The notes below the pieces were generated by a model that saw only the letters and a list, made by a program, of their open reading frames with translations, did not search any database and was not told the DNA's origin. DNA of 61,961 nucleotides, filler included, from Deltaproteobacteria bacterium (GTDB lineage: Bacteria; CG2-30-53-67): NCBI GenBank assembly GCA_013151235.1. It is 3 parts of 3 records of this genome, joined end to end, with 100 filler letters (N's around TTAATTAATTAA, not from the genome) between each part and the next. Parts side by side here need not be neighbours in the genome. Positions count along the whole stretch, not along the records: positions 1 to 30,415 come from JAADIO010000051.1; 2 more parts are not named here. The stretch is one strand, 5' to 3'. Below, one piece after another: positions 1-10,632 of this stretch. Each line of letters opens with the position of its first letter. Within the stretch, counting starts at the first letter, position 1. The position numbers and the translations under genes were made by a program.

Positions 1-54
1 AGAGCACAGAGAATCCCTTCCCAGTTAACTACAAAAAACAAGAGCAAAAAGCAA

Positions 55-470
55 GAGCATTAAACCACGGGGAACTCGGGGTGTCACGGGGGAAAGGCAA
101 AGTCAAAGGCAACGGCAAAGAGGTATTCACCACCTGTCTGCGTGCGGGTCGCCCGCACAGGCAGGCGGAGACTTCGGAGAACACAGAGAAAAGCCTACTG
201 GTTACAACAGAATCGGGGTCAACGGCCGTTTCACCGCAAAGGCGGTAGAGGACGCAAAGAAATGCGGGGGACGGCAAGGACAAACCTCCCTCTCGCCAAA
301 CACGCAAAGACCGCCGAGAAGATCCAATAAATTTCATAACCAAGAACTATTTCCGCCTTTCTCCGCGCCCTTGGCGTCCTTTGCGAGAGGCCGGTTTTGC
401 TTTTACCTTTGCCTCTGATGCTGCTCTGTGCCTCTGTGCCTTTGCCCCTGGGTTTTATGCCCCTCGTCTT
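55..470. repeat. Cluster of REP-like/low-complexity palindromic repeats
   Basis: Unit accacggggaactcggggtgtcacgggg (~65-92) recurs in reverse complement at ~25856-25883. cctctcgccaaacacgcaaag (~289-309) recurs in reverse complement at ~40535-40555. Hexamer runs aaaggc/aaagtc are present. No credible ORF. Confidence 0.6.
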
Positions 471-563
471 TCCCCTGCTTTACGCTATTAGTAACTTGAT
501 GAGAGCAAAAGTCGCGAAAATATTTGACTTGACAACTCCTGAACTACATTGTATACATGGCCC

Positions 564-842
564 ATGATTGTTTACGAGGCAAACATCCGGAAGTTCGTTC
601 GGAAAGGCTTATTACCCAAGGAGGTTTTTAAAAGATTCCACAATATTTTCATCGCCCTGGAGGCCACGGAAGATCTGGGTCTCTTTGATATCAAGAGATT
701 GAAGTCCACGGAAAGAAGAGCTTATTACCGATTACGAAAAGGGAAATACCGGGCCATATTTTTCCTTGAATCCGGCGATTATCATGTAATGTCCATTGCA
801 AAGCGAGGGGAGGTGTATCGAAAATGGGAGTCATTTCGGTAA
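564..842 (+). CDS. RelE/ParE-family type II toxin
   Basis: Basic ~92 aa protein with DIKRLK...YYRLRKGKYRAIF...IAKRGEVY, the RelE signature. ATG at 564 chosen over TTG at 549. Confidence 0.85.
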   Translation: MIVYEANIRKFVRKGLLPKEVFKRFHNIFIALEATEDLGLFDIKRLKSTERRAYYRLRKGKYRAIFFLESGDYHVMSIAKRGEVYRKWESFR

Positions 843-1039
843 GACTCAACAAGAAGGAAGAGAAGATCCTGAAAAAGCTGACGGAACATTTCGAGACGGA
901 CAAGTCGGCGCTGATCAAAAAATCGCTTCTGGAACTCTATGAAAATCTGGTCGATCTTGAATTTATCGAAGAATTTGAGAGGAAAGAACAAAAGGGCGAG
1001 GTCTCTTTCGTCCCGGCCGGAGAGATCCTGAAGGATTGA
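824..1039 (+). CDS. CopG/ribbon-helix-helix antitoxin (DUF6290-like)
   Basis: N-terminal VISVRLNKKEEKILKKL...KSALIK RHH pattern and acidic C-terminus. Overlaps the toxin 3' end. Confidence 0.8.
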   Translation: MGVISVRLNKKEEKILKKLTEHFETDKSALIKKSLLELYENLVDLEFIEEFERKEQKGEVSFVPAGEILKD

Positions 1040-1133
1040 AGGCAAAATCAAGGGGTAGATGCACACAGACACAGAGTGGCAAAGGCAAACCTTTCATCAA
1101 ATACCCCCGTCCCGGGTAAACCGTGGAAGACCA

Positions 1134-1388
1134 TCAGCGATATACATCTCTTCTATGGCCGATATGTAGAACGATCACCCTTCCCTCCTGGTCATCAATC
1201 TCATAGACAACCCGATAATTCCCTACTCTGATTCGCCATCCTTCACGACCGGTTAATTTGGTACAACCAACCAGCCTCGGACTGCTGCTCAGAGCACGAA
1301 CGGCATTGACGATACGTGGGACATGATCGTGGGGAACTCGCTCCAATTCTTTCTGCGCCCGCCTGAGAATATGAATCTCATACTTCAT
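1134..1388 (-). CDS. RelE/StbE-family type II toxin
   Basis: KLTGREGWRIRVGNYRVVYEIDD...IGHRRDVY is a classical RelE motif. Confidence 0.92.
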   Translation of the reverse strand: MKYEIHILRRAQKELERVPHDHVPRIVNAVRALSSSPRLVGCTKLTGREGWRIRVGNYRVVYEIDDQEGRVIVLHIGHRRDVYR

Positions 1389-1588
1389 TCGCTGGTCTTG
1401 TTGATCTCATCTACAGCCTGCTCAAAAGGAATCGTATCATCGCCGGACTTCTTCGCCCTGTCATATGCTCGTATCGATTCCAGTTCTTCCAGTTCTTGCA
1501 ACATTTTTCCGTAGTCCTTAATGCTGAGCAGCACACTGATCCGCTTCCCATTTTTATCAACGATGTAGTGTTCTTTTATGGAAGCCAC
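1385..1588 (-). CDS. Antitoxin cognate to the RelE toxin
   Basis: 67 aa, YIVDKNGKRISVLL...LEELESIRAYDRAK. GTG start after AGGAG. ATGA overlap with the toxin. Confidence 0.85.
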   Translation of the reverse strand: MASIKEHYIVDKNGKRISVLLSIKDYGKMLQELEELESIRAYDRAKKSGDDTIPFEQAVDEINKTSE

Positions 1589-1679
1589 CTGTCATCTCCT
1601 TATTAGCCTCTCTTGTCTGTACGTTTCATTATTATTGCCGAGGAGCCGGCTTCTGTCAATGAGAAACGACATTGTGCGT

Positions 1680-1844
1680 CATTCGGGGTCATCATCATTC
1701 GGGGTCACATCATTCGGGGTCAGGCTTCGCTAATTTTATATCTTGATCGCGGCCCCTTTCGAAAAGGGATAAAACGCTCCCTTCAGAGAACGCATAACCG
1801 ATTCCCCGGATGATATCAATATAGAATTAGCAAAGCCTGACCCC
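1680..1844. mobile_element. GGGGTC-ended miniature inverted-repeat element with iterated left end
   Basis: ggggtcaggcttcgctaattttatat (1716-) matches the reverse complement of the end at 1844 (26 nt, 2 mismatches). cattcggggtca occurs three times at 1680, 1696 and 1711. Confidence 0.6.
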
Positions 1845-2074
1845 GGCGTAGCCATGACCCCAGCGTAGCCCAATGCAGGGAGATGAAAAAGAAGGCCGTG
1901 GCCCGCTCGCTGCGCGGATTCCTTACCCGGGTGAGGCATGGATCATCAATCTCAGCCTTCGCGACGAGGAAACAGTCGGGGAGACGAAGGTGCGTTTCAT
2001 TCCTGTTTTTGAATTGTTGTAAGACAGGACAGGATTTGGAAAGGCAAGGGGCAAAGGCAAACCTCGCAAAAAAC

Positions 2075-2103
2075 TTGACAGAACAGTTTCATACATGTAA
2101 ATT
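2075..2103 (+). promoter_or_regulatory. sigma70 promoter of the vapBC module
   Basis: TTGACA (2075-2080), 17 bp spacer, TAAATT (2098-2103). Confidence 0.65.
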
Positions 2104-2152
2104 ATTATTGGATATGAAATATTTATTATTGCATGACATTCAGGTGAATAAC

Positions 2153-2401
2153 ATGATTACAAAAGTAGGCACACGAGGACAGGTTTCCATTCCGAAAGAA
2201 ATCAGAAAGAAGTTCAAAATCGAATCTGAAACCCGCATTGAGTGGTTCGTTGACGGGAAGACCATTCGGGTTTTGCCGATTCCGAAAGATCCGGTCAAAG
2301 CCTTCAGGGGCAAAGGGAACAGAACCTATACCACGGATGATCTCATAAAGGACCGCAAGCAAGAGCGCTCGCTGGAGGATGTCGATGACGGGAAAAAGTA
2401 A
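2153..2401 (+). CDS. AbrB/MazE/SpoVT-family antitoxin (VapB-like)
   Basis: MITKVGTRGQVSIPKEIRKKFKI is an AbrB fold signature. AGGTG precedes the ATG at 2153. The ORF-track start at 1883 lies upstream of the promoter. Confidence 0.88.
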   Translation: MITKVGTRGQVSIPKEIRKKFKIESETRIEWFVDGKTIRVLPIPKDPVKAFRGKGNRTYTTDDLIKDRKQERSLEDVDDGKK

Positions 2402-2813
2402 GAAGCCTTCAAGCTATGTACTGGATACCTCAGCGCTGCTGACATTATGGAACAATGAGGCAGGCGCCGACAGCGTTGAGAAGATCCTCCGGCAAGGAGC
2501 CACCGGAAGTGCAACCGTCTATCTTTCCTTTATCTCCTTTATGGAAATTCGTTACCGCTTTTATAAAACCCGAGGGAAAAGCGCCGCCAACGAGATCTAT
2601 CAGGCAGCGAGGATTCTTCCGTGCACAAGAATCGATGTGGATGAAAGACTGATCCTCCTGGCTTCGGATATCAAAGGGACAAACAGCCTTTCCGTTGCCG
2701 ACAGCTTCATTATCGCAACCGCTGTAAAAGAAAAAAGTACACTCGTACATAAAGATCCCGAATTTGAACAGGTTCGTGACACAGTGACTCTTCTCACGCT
2801 GCCCTACAAATGA
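2379..2813 (+). CDS. vapC: PIN-domain VapC toxin
   Basis: YVLDTSALL...E...SLSVADSFIIATA...LVHKDPEF carries the PIN acidic residues. Confidence 0.9.
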   Translation: MSMTGKSKKPSSYVLDTSALLTLWNNEAGADSVEKILRQGATGSATVYLSFISFMEIRYRFYKTRGKSAANEIYQAARILPCTRIDVDERLILLASDIKGTNSLSVADSFIIATAVKEKSTLVHKDPEFEQVRDTVTLLTLPYK

Positions 2814-2839
2814 TCTCCGCTATCCCCCCTTTTAACTAA

Positions 2840-2904
2840 GATGAAGTCGTAAAAAGTCCGTTCGACCCTTCGACCCGCTCAGGGCGAACGGTGTAAGTGA
2901 TTGA
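2840..2904. mobile_element. Truncated copy (left half) of MITE family A
   Basis: gatgaagtcgtaaaaagtc terminal repeat followed by cccttcgac..ctcagggcgaacgg, then the sequence diverges. Confidence 0.7.
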
Positions 2905-3088
2905 GGCACCTCTTAGGGTCAGAGCTACACATTTGACATTTTGCACGCGGACAGGCGCAGACCTCAGAGAGCACAGAGCTTGGGAAGTCTCATCCATCTC
3001 CCCCTTCCAGGCCATCCCCTTTGAAAAGGAGACCGAGGGGAGGGCAAGGTAGCTGCTGAATACCGGTCGCTGACGGTTTTATCCGATC

Positions 3089-5458
3089 TTACCCCAGTTT
3101 TGCCAACGCCTCTTGCGCCTTCTCTTTTTCCGAAAAATCATACGGAAAGGAAAGGGCCTTCTTCAGCGCCTCTTTCGCCTTCTCCGGCTGCTTGTTATCA
3201 CGATAGGCAAGCCCTAAATGGTAATAAACAGAAGGATTTTTGCCGAATTTCGCGATGCTTTGTTCAAACAGACCAATGGCCTTCGGATAGAAACTTTTTT
3301 TGTAATAGACCCAGCCGAGGGTATCCATAATCATCGGATTCTCAGGCGTTTTTTCCATAGCCTTCTGAACCAGATCCAGGGCACGGTCGGTATCTCCACC
3401 ATGTTCAAGGATGAGGTACGCCAAGTTATTGGACGCAGCAGGGTTGGCCGGGTCAATTTTCAGGACCTTCTCATAGTTGGCGATCGCTTTACTAACCTCA
3501 CCGGTCTTCTCATAGAGCATGGCAAGGCTCGCAAAAGGCTTGGGACTTTTCGGATCAATCTTTGCGGCCTGATGATAATACCCGACGGCATCCCGCATCT
3601 TTCCCTGCCGCTGTTCAAGCCGACCGAGCATCAAGGAAACTTCCAAGTTGCCCGGTGCCTTCTCCAGGGCTTGCCTCAGGGTCTTCTCCGCCGCGCCAAA
3701 ATCTTTTCGGACCAGATAGACTCCTGCAAGTTCGATGTAGAGTCCTCCGCTTTTGGGAGAGGCGGCAATCTGTTTTTCCGCACGGGCGAGTGCCTGATCA
3801 AATTTTTTCTCTGAAACAAAAATCTTAAGAATCTGGGAAAGGGCATTCCGGTAACCGGGATCCTTGGCAAGCGCTGTCTCGAAATCCTGCAATGCTGTAT
3901 CCTTCTCCCCTTTTACAAGGTGAGTCAAACCCCGGTAAAAATAGCCCTCCGGCAGGCCGGGCTTTAATCTTATCATCTTTTCCGATTCATGCGTCAGGGT
4001 TGCCAAATCCTTTATACTGCCGGCAGCCGCCGCACGCAGGGCATGCGCATCGTAAAGATCCGGCATCATTGCTAATATTTTGCCGGTTTCTTTCATAACG
4101 GATGAATATTTCTTCTTTTGCATGGCTAACTTTGCAAGGGTCAGGCGGACCTGGACGGAATGCGGACTGAGTTCGGCCGCCTTTTTCAGCTCCTCTTCCG
4201 CCAGGAGCGGTTCGTTATTCGCAAGATGCGCCATCCCGAGACGGTAATGAACCTCGGCGCTTTCTGGACGATCTTTCAAGACCACCCGGAATTCATCCAC
4301 GGCATCCTTGCCTTTTTTCTGCGCCATAAGGATGAGTCCTTTCAGGTAGTGTGCTTCCGTATCGTCCGGATTGTCACTCAGGATTTCTTCCGTTTTCTTT
4401 ATGGCCGTATCGTAGTCATTCTCTTTGAAAAAAACCTGTGCAAGCTTTCGTTTCGCCTCCAGCGATTCGGAATCGATCTCCAGGCATTTCTCATAAACCT
4501 TCTTCGCCTTGTCAAATTTCTGCAGGCTGGCGTAGAAGTCTCCCAACTGGATCCGTTTCGGGAGATCCTCCGGAGCGGCCTTCACTGAAGCGAGAAGAAG
4601 TTTTTCAGCTTCTTCTTTTTTCGATTCCTGCACGTAAAGTTGAACGAGTGATAGGGTAAAGGCGGAATTTTTCGGAAAGAGATTCATCCCCTTTTTGTAG
4701 GTTGCCTCTGCCATGGCATCATTTTTCTGCACGACATACAGCCCGGCAAGAGACAGAAGAAGTCGTTCATTTTCCGGATCGATGGAGACGGCCTTTTCCA
4801 TCATCCGCACTGCATTCTTCGGCTTTCGGAGATGCTGATAGAGTTGGGCCAGTCGTTGATAGGTGGGAATGTGTTTCGAATTAAGAGCAAGGGCTTCTTT
4901 GAGAATTCCTTCCGCCTTTTCCGGTTTTCCCTGCCGCTCATAAACCACCGAAAGGAAAAGCCGGATTTCCAGGTCCTTTGCGTCGATCTTCAAGACCTTA
5001 AGCCCCTCTTCAACGGCATGATCAAGATCCTTTCTTCCGAGGTAGCAGGACCCTTTGATTTTATGGGCGTCTTTGTTATCCGGTTCCTTTGCAAGTACCA
5101 GGTCCGCTTTTTCCTGGGCCTGATCATATTGGCGGGCGATCGTGAGGATCTGGGCCAGTTTAAGCTGAGCAGCAATCAGGTCGGGTTTGAGTTCCGCCGC
5201 CTTGGAAAAAGCCCCGTAGGCCTTGCGGATATCCTGCAACTTCATGAAGGTCCGCCCCAGTTCATAATATCCTTCCGCAAACTTCGGATCAATCTGGAGG
5301 ACATTCTTGAACTCGATCACGGCCTCTTTGTACTTCTCCTGCTCGTAATAGTTTTTTCCCTTCTCGAAATATTTCTGTCGCCGCTGCTCGATGGTTCCGC
5401 AGGAGGCAATCATGCCGATCAGAAAAAAGCAGTTGACCCAGACCATCATCTTTTTCAT
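3089..5458 (-). CDS. Large TPR-repeat lipoprotein (PrsT/PEP-CTERM-system-like)
   Basis: Lipobox MIASC followed by many TPR repeats and C-terminal ASNNLAYL...MDTLGWVYY. Start at MKKMM assumed. Confidence 0.85.
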   Translation of the reverse strand: MKKMMVWVNCFFLIGMIASCGTIEQRRQKYFEKGKNYYEQEKYKEAVIEFKNVLQIDPKFAEGYYELGRTFMKLQDIRKAYGAFSKAAELKPDLIAAQLKLAQILTIARQYDQAQEKADLVLAKEPDNKDAHKIKGSCYLGRKDLDHAVEEGLKVLKIDAKDLEIRLFLSVVYERQGKPEKAEGILKEALALNSKHIPTYQRLAQLYQHLRKPKNAVRMMEKAVSIDPENERLLLSLAGLYVVQKNDAMAEATYKKGMNLFPKNSAFTLSLVQLYVQESKKEEAEKLLLASVKAAPEDLPKRIQLGDFYASLQKFDKAKKVYEKCLEIDSESLEAKRKLAQVFFKENDYDTAIKKTEEILSDNPDDTEAHYLKGLILMAQKKGKDAVDEFRVVLKDRPESAEVHYRLGMAHLANNEPLLAEEELKKAAELSPHSVQVRLTLAKLAMQKKKYSSVMKETGKILAMMPDLYDAHALRAAAAGSIKDLATLTHESEKMIRLKPGLPEGYFYRGLTHLVKGEKDTALQDFETALAKDPGYRNALSQILKIFVSEKKFDQALARAEKQIAASPKSGGLYIELAGVYLVRKDFGAAEKTLRQALEKAPGNLEVSLMLGRLEQRQGKMRDAVGYYHQAAKIDPKSPKPFASLAMLYEKTGEVSKAIANYEKVLKIDPANPAASNNLAYLILEHGGDTDRALDLVQKAMEKTPENPMIMDTLGWVYYKKSFYPKAIGLFEQSIAKFGKNPSVYYHLGLAYRDNKQPEKAKEALKKALSFPYDFSEKEKAQEALAKLG

Positions 5459-5571
5459 ACGCTCTTTGCCCATTTCCACAGATCCCCCTTGTGAGAGTTA
5501 CTATCCGAGGAGGAAAATACCACACTTCCTGTATGATCACAAGAGTTTTGCCGGAGAGCAAAATCGGGCAT

Positions 5572-5607
5572 AAAAAACCCCGGCTTCTTCTTCCGAAGCC
5601 GGGGTTT
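5572..5607 (-). terminator. Rho-independent terminator after hppA
   Basis: ccccggcttc/gaagccgggg stem with an A6 run (U-tract on the minus strand). Confidence 0.8.
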
Positions 5608-5642
5608 GCCGGATGGCTATCTTTTAACGACGATCTTTCCCG

Positions 5643-7697
5643 TCACCGCATCGCCACCAGCGGCGCAATTACGAGGGAAACAATGGACATGAGCTTGATC
5701 AGGATATTCATGGCCGGACCCGAGGTATCCTTGAAGGGATCGCCGATGGTGTCGCCTACGACGGCAGCTTTGTGCGCATCGGAGCCCTTGCCGCCGAGAT
5801 GACCCTGCTCAATATATTTCTTGGCATTGTCCCAGGCACCGCCGCCGTTCCCCATGAAAAGGGCCATGAGGACCCCGGCCACGGTGGCACCGGCAAGCAT
5901 TCCACCCAGAGCCTCCGGCCCGAGGATGAACCCGACGAGGATCGGGGAGATGACGGCAAAAAGACCCGGCATGACCATTTCCTTAATGGCGGCGGCGGTA
6001 CTGATATCGACACACTTCTTGGCATCCGGCTTGACCCCTTCCTTCCCTTCGAGAAGTCCCGGGATCTCCTTGAACTGGCGACGGATCTCCGTTACCATTT
6101 CCATGGCGGCCTTCCCAACGGAGGTCATGGTCATGGCCGCAACGAGGAAGGGAAGGATCCCACCGATGAGAAGTCCGATCACCACCATCGGGTGTGTAAC
6201 GATAATCTGCATTTTGGGCAGATGATTTGTCAAGAGGGTATGATTGACGGTCTGTGAGTATGCGGTAAAAAGAGCTAGGGCCGTCAAAGCGGCGGAGCCG
6301 ATGGCAAACCCCTTCCCGATGGCGGCGGTGGTATTGCCGAGGGCATCGAGTTCATCGGTGATCTTCCGCGTATCTTCACCTAATTCCGCCATTTCCGAAA
6401 TCCCGCCGGCGTTGTCGGCCACCGGGCCGTAAGCATCAACGGACATGGTGATTCCGACGGTCGCCAGCATTCCTACCGCCGAGATCCCGATCCCGTAGAG
6501 GCCGGCATATTTGTTCCCGATGTAGATGGCCAGGGCGATGATAAGAACGGGGATCGCCGTACTCTCCAGTCCTACAGCAAGGCCGGTGATCACGTTGGTG
6601 GCCGCTCCGGTCTTGCTGGCCTCGGCGATCCGGCGGATCGGGCCGGCGGCGGTGTAGTATTCCGTTACCAATCCGATGGCAATCCCGGCAATCGTCCCGG
6701 CGAGAACGGCCCAGAAGACATCTTGATTGACCCCCACCGGGTTGAGGATCACATAAGTTCCCGCAAGGAAAAGACCCGCAGCAATAAATGTGGAGTAGCG
6801 AAGGGCCGCCGCCGGATTCCAGCTCTTCAAAATCTTCATGGAGAGGATCCCGATAAGGGAGGCGATGAGGCCCGTCATGGCCAGGATGATGGGGAGGGCC
6901 ATGTAGCTCAATTTGGTCGTCTCCGTGATCATGGCGATGGTGACGCCGCTGGTTGCGGCAATGGCGATGGTGGCAATGATGGAGCCGACATAGGACTCGA
7001 AAATGTCGGCGCCGAGCCCGGCCACGTCGCCCACGTTGTCGCCCACGTTGTCGGCGATCACACCGGGGTTTCTCGGGTCGTCTTCGGGAATTCCCGCCTC
7101 GATCTTTCCGACCAGGTCGGCGCCGACGTCGGCCGACTTCGTATAGATCCCGCCGCCCACACGGGCGAAGAGGGCAATGGAACTGGCCCCCATGGCGAAG
7201 CCGTTGATGTTGGCGATCCCCGATGCATCACCTTTGCTGAAGACGTAGTAGGCAATCCCGATTCCAATCAGCCCCAGACTCGCGACGGAAAGACCCATGA
7301 CGGCGCCTCCGGAAAATGCGGTGGAAAGCGCCGGTCCGTGATCCGGCTTGTTCGCTTCCGCTGCCTGTGCCGTACGCACGTTGGCCATGGTGGCGGCGTT
7401 CATCCCGAAGTATCCGGCAAGAATAGAGCATAATGCCCCGCCGAGGAAGGCAATCGCCGTCGCAAGGGTCACTTTCCAAGCCAAAAGGGCAAACACAATA
7501 ATGATAAAGATGGCGAGGACCTTGTACATCCGGAACAGAAAGGTCAGCGCCCCTTCGTGAATCTGGTCCGCAATATCACGCATCCGATCGGTACCAACAG
7601 GCTGCTTCTTCAACGCACCGAAGATAAAAAAGGCGACAATCAGCCCGACGGCTCCGATAAGGGGTGCATAGGTTGCATTCAATACTGCATTCAACAT
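5643..7697 (-). CDS. hppA: Membrane-bound pyrophosphatase, K+-dependent type (probably Na+-translocating)
   Basis: Motifs [35 protein letters not shown] and [16 protein letters not shown] has Ala at the K+-dependence position. Confidence 0.95.
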   Translation of the reverse strand: MLNAVLNATYAPLIGAVGLIVAFFIFGALKKQPVGTDRMRDIADQIHEGALTFLFRMYKVLAIFIIIVFALLAWKVTLATAIAFLGGALCSILAGYFGMNAATMANVRTAQAAEANKPDHGPALSTAFSGGAVMGLSVASLGLIGIGIAYYVFSKGDASGIANINGFAMGASSIALFARVGGGIYTKSADVGADLVGKIEAGIPEDDPRNPGVIADNVGDNVGDVAGLGADIFESYVGSIIATIAIAATSGVTIAMITETTKLSYMALPIILAMTGLIASLIGILSMKILKSWNPAAALRYSTFIAAGLFLAGTYVILNPVGVNQDVFWAVLAGTIAGIAIGLVTEYYTAAGPIRRIAEASKTGAATNVITGLAVGLESTAIPVLIIALAIYIGNKYAGLYGIGISAVGMLATVGITMSVDAYGPVADNAGGISEMAELGEDTRKITDELDALGNTTAAIGKGFAIGSAALTALALFTAYSQTVNHTLLTNHLPKMQIIVTHPMVVIGLLIGGILPFLVAAMTMTSVGKAAMEMVTEIRRQFKEIPGLLEGKEGVKPDAKKCVDISTAAAIKEMVMPGLFAVISPILVGFILGPEALGGMLAGATVAGVLMALFMGNGGGAWDNAKKYIEQGHLGGKGSDAHKAAVVGDTIGDPFKDTSGPAMNILIKLMSIVSLVIAPLVAMR

Positions 7698-7740
7698 TTT
7701 TGTCCTCCTTCTTGGAAAATAATGGTAAGACCTCTGAAAC

Positions 7741-8298
7741 TTAATGATACCGATTCATGGATTCCTGAAGACCGTGCTGTAGAAGAAATTCCGTGATCTC
7801 CACGGCTCCGGCAATCCATTCCTTCACCACCGCCGGCTGAGAAAAATTGCCCAGCACATAATCAGCGGGATCGAGGCCGCCTTCCGGACGACCGATACCG
7901 ATCCGGATCCGGATAAAGTCTCCCGATCCGAGCCGTTCGATAATGGAGCGGAGACCGTTATGTCCTCCGTGCCCGCCTCCATCCTTGATCTTGATCCTTC
8001 CCGGTTCGAGATCGAGATCATCATGAACGATAATGACCCCCTGCCTCCCTGCTTTACGCCGGGAACACAAACAGGCAACGGCATCTCCGCTTCGATTCAT
8101 AAAAGTCTGCGGTTTGGCAAGAATCACCGCCGCCGCGCCGATCCGTCCTTCCCCGATCTCTGCATTGCACCGTTTCCGACGGATCGGAATTCCTGCCTTT
8201 TCGGCCAGTACTTCGATGACCCTGAAGCCGATATTGTGTCTGTGCTGTTGATATTTTCTACCCGGATTACCGAGACCAACAATCAGAAAATCCGTCAT
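7741..8298 (-). CDS. pth: Peptidyl-tRNA hydrolase
   Basis: [40 protein letters not shown]. Confidence 0.97.
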   Translation of the reverse strand: MTDFLIVGLGNPGRKYQQHRHNIGFRVIEVLAEKAGIPIRRKRCNAEIGEGRIGAAAVILAKPQTFMNRSGDAVACLCSRRKAGRQGVIIVHDDLDLEPGRIKIKDGGGHGGHNGLRSIIERLGSGDFIRIRIGIGRPEGGLDPADYVLGNFSQPAVVKEWIAGAVEITEFLLQHGLQESMNRYH

Positions 8299-8404
8299 GG
8301 AGCAGTGCCTTTGTGATCAATGCTTGTGACAAACAGCCAACAGCACGATATCCGGAACGGGACTTCCCGGGAGATATTGCACCGTTCCAAGACCGCTCTC
8401 TGTC

Positions 8405-9064
8405 CTATTCAGGCTCGCTCTTCTTTTCGGATTCTTCCGCTGACTTTTCCGCCTCAGCACTCCCTTCCGGGGCAACACCCTCATCCGTCTCAACGGCCTC
8501 GGGCTCCTTTTCAAGGGTCGGAGCCACCACATGAAAGAGGACCTGATCGCCGGGTGTCAGGATCTTCGCACCGGGATCGGGGATGTCCGAAACATGGAAA
8601 GCGTCTCCCACATCAAGATGGGCAAGATCGACCTCGAAGGACTCGGGGATCTCCATCGGAAGACACTCCACCTCTACACTGGTCAGCGTATGTGTCAGGA
8701 TGCCCCCCTTTTTGAACCCTTCGGGATCGTCCCCAATCTGGCGGATTTCCACCATAACCCGGATCTTCTTGTCCATGGAGACCTCGAAAAGGTCGGCATG
8801 GATCGGCACCAGACGAATCGGGTCCACCTGGAGATCCTTCAGGAGAACCGTCTTCTTGTCTCCATCGACAGAGATTTCCAGGATGGCGTTGACACCCTGA
8901 TCCGATTTCAGGACCGTTTGCAGATCTGTGAGGCGCACCGACAGACTGCGGGCACCTTCATGCCCATAGAGGACGGCGGGTACCAGCCCTTGCCGGCGGA
9001 GTTTGCGGGCAACCCCCTTGCCGCTCCCGTCCCGGGCAAAAACATCAAATACTTGTGAAGCCAT
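8405..9064 (-). CDS. rplY: 50S ribosomal protein L25/Ctc
   Basis: GKGVARKLRRQGLVPAVLYG, HADL, TL5 C-domain and an acidic tail. Confidence 0.96.
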   Translation of the reverse strand: MASQVFDVFARDGSGKGVARKLRRQGLVPAVLYGHEGARSLSVRLTDLQTVLKSDQGVNAILEISVDGDKKTVLLKDLQVDPIRLVPIHADLFEVSMDKKIRVMVEIRQIGDDPEGFKKGGILTHTLTSVEVECLPMEIPESFEVDLAHLDVGDAFHVSDIPDPGAKILTPGDQVLFHVVAPTLEKEPEAVETDEGVAPEGSAEAEKSAEESEKKSEPE

Positions 9065-9085
9065 GGTTTGTTGTACCTCCAGTCA

Positions 9086-10018
9086 TTAATCGAAGAGTCT
9101 GCTCACGGACGTCTCTTCGTTGATACTGCGAATGGCCTTGGCAAAAAGCTTTCCCACGGAGAGGACTTCTACCTTGCCGCACTTGTCACCATTGCAAAAA
9201 GGAATACTGTTGGTGGAAACCACCTTGTCCAGCCTGGACTCACTGATTCGGGTCAGGGCAGGACCGGAAAGAATCCCGTGAGAGCAACAGGCGGAAACCG
9301 ATTCCGCTCCCTGGTTCATGATGGCATTGGCCGCCTCCGCCAGGGTTCCCGCCGTGTCAACCATGTCATCCAGAATCAGGGCCTTCTTTCCCACCACATC
9401 CCCGATGAGGTTCATCACTTTGGCCTCGTTCGGTTTGCTCCGCCGCTTGTCGATGATTGCCAGCGAGGCATGGAGCCGCTTGGCAAAGGAACGGGCCCGG
9501 AGAACCCCTCCCGCATCGGGCGAAACCACGACCGTGTCGGTTCCTTTCCATCCATTGTTTAGGCAAAACTCCGCCAGAATCGGTGCGGCATAAAGGTTGT
9601 CCACGGGAATATTGAAAAAGCCCTGGATCTGTCCTGCATGGAGATCCATGGTAAGGACCCGGTTGGCCCCGGCAGCCGTGAGAAGATCCGCCACTAATTT
9701 TGCTGTAATCGGCACACGGGGAAGGACCTTCCGATCTTGTCGGGCGTAACCATAATAAGGGAGAACGGCCGTAATCCGGCCGGCCGACGCCCGCTTCAAA
9801 GCATCGATCATGATCAACAATTCCATCAGGTGGCGGTTCACCGGATGGCAGGTCGATTGAACCACGAAGCAATCCCGGCCCCGAACGTTCTCATTAACCT
9901 GAACCATGATCTCGCCGTCGCTGAAGGTTCCCACAACGGCATCCCCCAGCGGGATGTCCAGGTGATTGCAGATTTCTCTGGAGAGTTCCAGATTGGAATT
10001 GCCGGAAAAGATTTTCAT
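9086..10018 (-). CDS. prs: Ribose-phosphate pyrophosphokinase
   Basis: KIFSGNSN, FSDGEI, YYGYARQDRK, VSPDAGG, DDMVDTAGT. True start is ATG 10018 or GTG 10033. Confidence 0.97.
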   Translation of the reverse strand: MKIFSGNSNLELSREICNHLDIPLGDAVVGTFSDGEIMVQVNENVRGRDCFVVQSTCHPVNRHLMELLIMIDALKRASAGRITAVLPYYGYARQDRKVLPRVPITAKLVADLLTAAGANRVLTMDLHAGQIQGFFNIPVDNLYAAPILAEFCLNNGWKGTDTVVVSPDAGGVLRARSFAKRLHASLAIIDKRRSKPNEAKVMNLIGDVVGKKALILDDMVDTAGTLAEAANAIMNQGAESVSACCSHGILSGPALTRISESRLDKVVSTNSIPFCNGDKCGKVEVLSVGKLFAKAIRSINEETSVSRLFD

Positions 10019-10155
10019 CGTCTGCTGAATCACCCCATTATAAAAGTCCGTCCCGGATAAACCGGGACGCAACACTTTGTTATGCTTATAGTTCGGCCCT
10101 CTGCGGAGAACATCTGCGGCCCTATAATTAAGTCCGGCACCGCCGATCGTCATGC

Positions 10156-10229
10156 TGGCTCGGGGGCAGGGATTCGAACCCCGATAGCCAGAACCAAAAT
10201 CTGGAGTCCTGCCATTGGACGACCCCCGA
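10156..10229 (-). tRNA. tRNA-Gln (anticodon TTG)
   Basis: Minus strand tcgggggtcgtccaatggcaggactccagatTTGgttctggctatcggggttcgaatccctgcccccgagcca folds as a cloverleaf with encoded CCA. Canonical ispE-tRNA-Gln-prs position. Confidence 0.95.
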
Positions 10230-10285
10230 TTCATACACAGCAGGGTATCAAACGAATGAACCTTTTAGAATCTCTTGCTAACGTT

Positions 10286-10567
10286 CTACCCTTTCGCGGC
10301 GTCTTCCGAACGGATATGCATCTTGTCCCGATAGACGCGCAACACCTGCTCCTGTATCCGGTTACGGGTCTGAGTATCCAGAGGATGGGCGATATCCCGA
10401 TAGCTGCCATCGGCCTGCCTCCTGCTGGGCATGGCAACAAAGATCCCCTTCCTCCCCTGAATCACCTTCATGTCCCGAACGACGAAACAGTCATCAAAGG
10501 TGATGGCCACATAGGCCTTCAACATCCTGTCTGCTACAGGGTAGATCTGAACCTCAGTAATTTCCAT
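10286..10567 (-). CDS. spoVG: SpoVG family nucleic-acid-binding regulator
   Basis: MEITEVQI...LKAYVAITFDDCFVVRDMKVI...FVAMPSR...DIAHP. Confidence 0.95.
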   Translation of the reverse strand: MEITEVQIYPVADRMLKAYVAITFDDCFVVRDMKVIQGRKGIFVAMPSRRQADGSYRDIAHPLDTQTRNRIQEQVLRVYRDKMHIRSEDAAKG

Positions 10568-10632
10568 AGAACGAAAATCACCGCCTTTCTGAGGATTGAG
10601 TATGGGTTGATCAAGAAAGCGGCAACGAAAAT

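Noticed and set aside
1883-2152. Long N-terminal extension of the AbrB antitoxin ORF
   Set aside because: It spans the promoter and repeat DNA. The AbrB fold starts at 2153.
5537-5556. Possible sigma54 promoter for the PrsT-like TPR gene (CCGGCAAAACTCTTGTG, minus strand)
   Set aside because: The -12 element is GT rather than GC, which is too weak to call.
10019-10234. 72-codon N-terminal extension of prs in the ORF track
   Set aside because: It runs through tRNA-Gln, and Prs homology begins at MKIFSGNSN.
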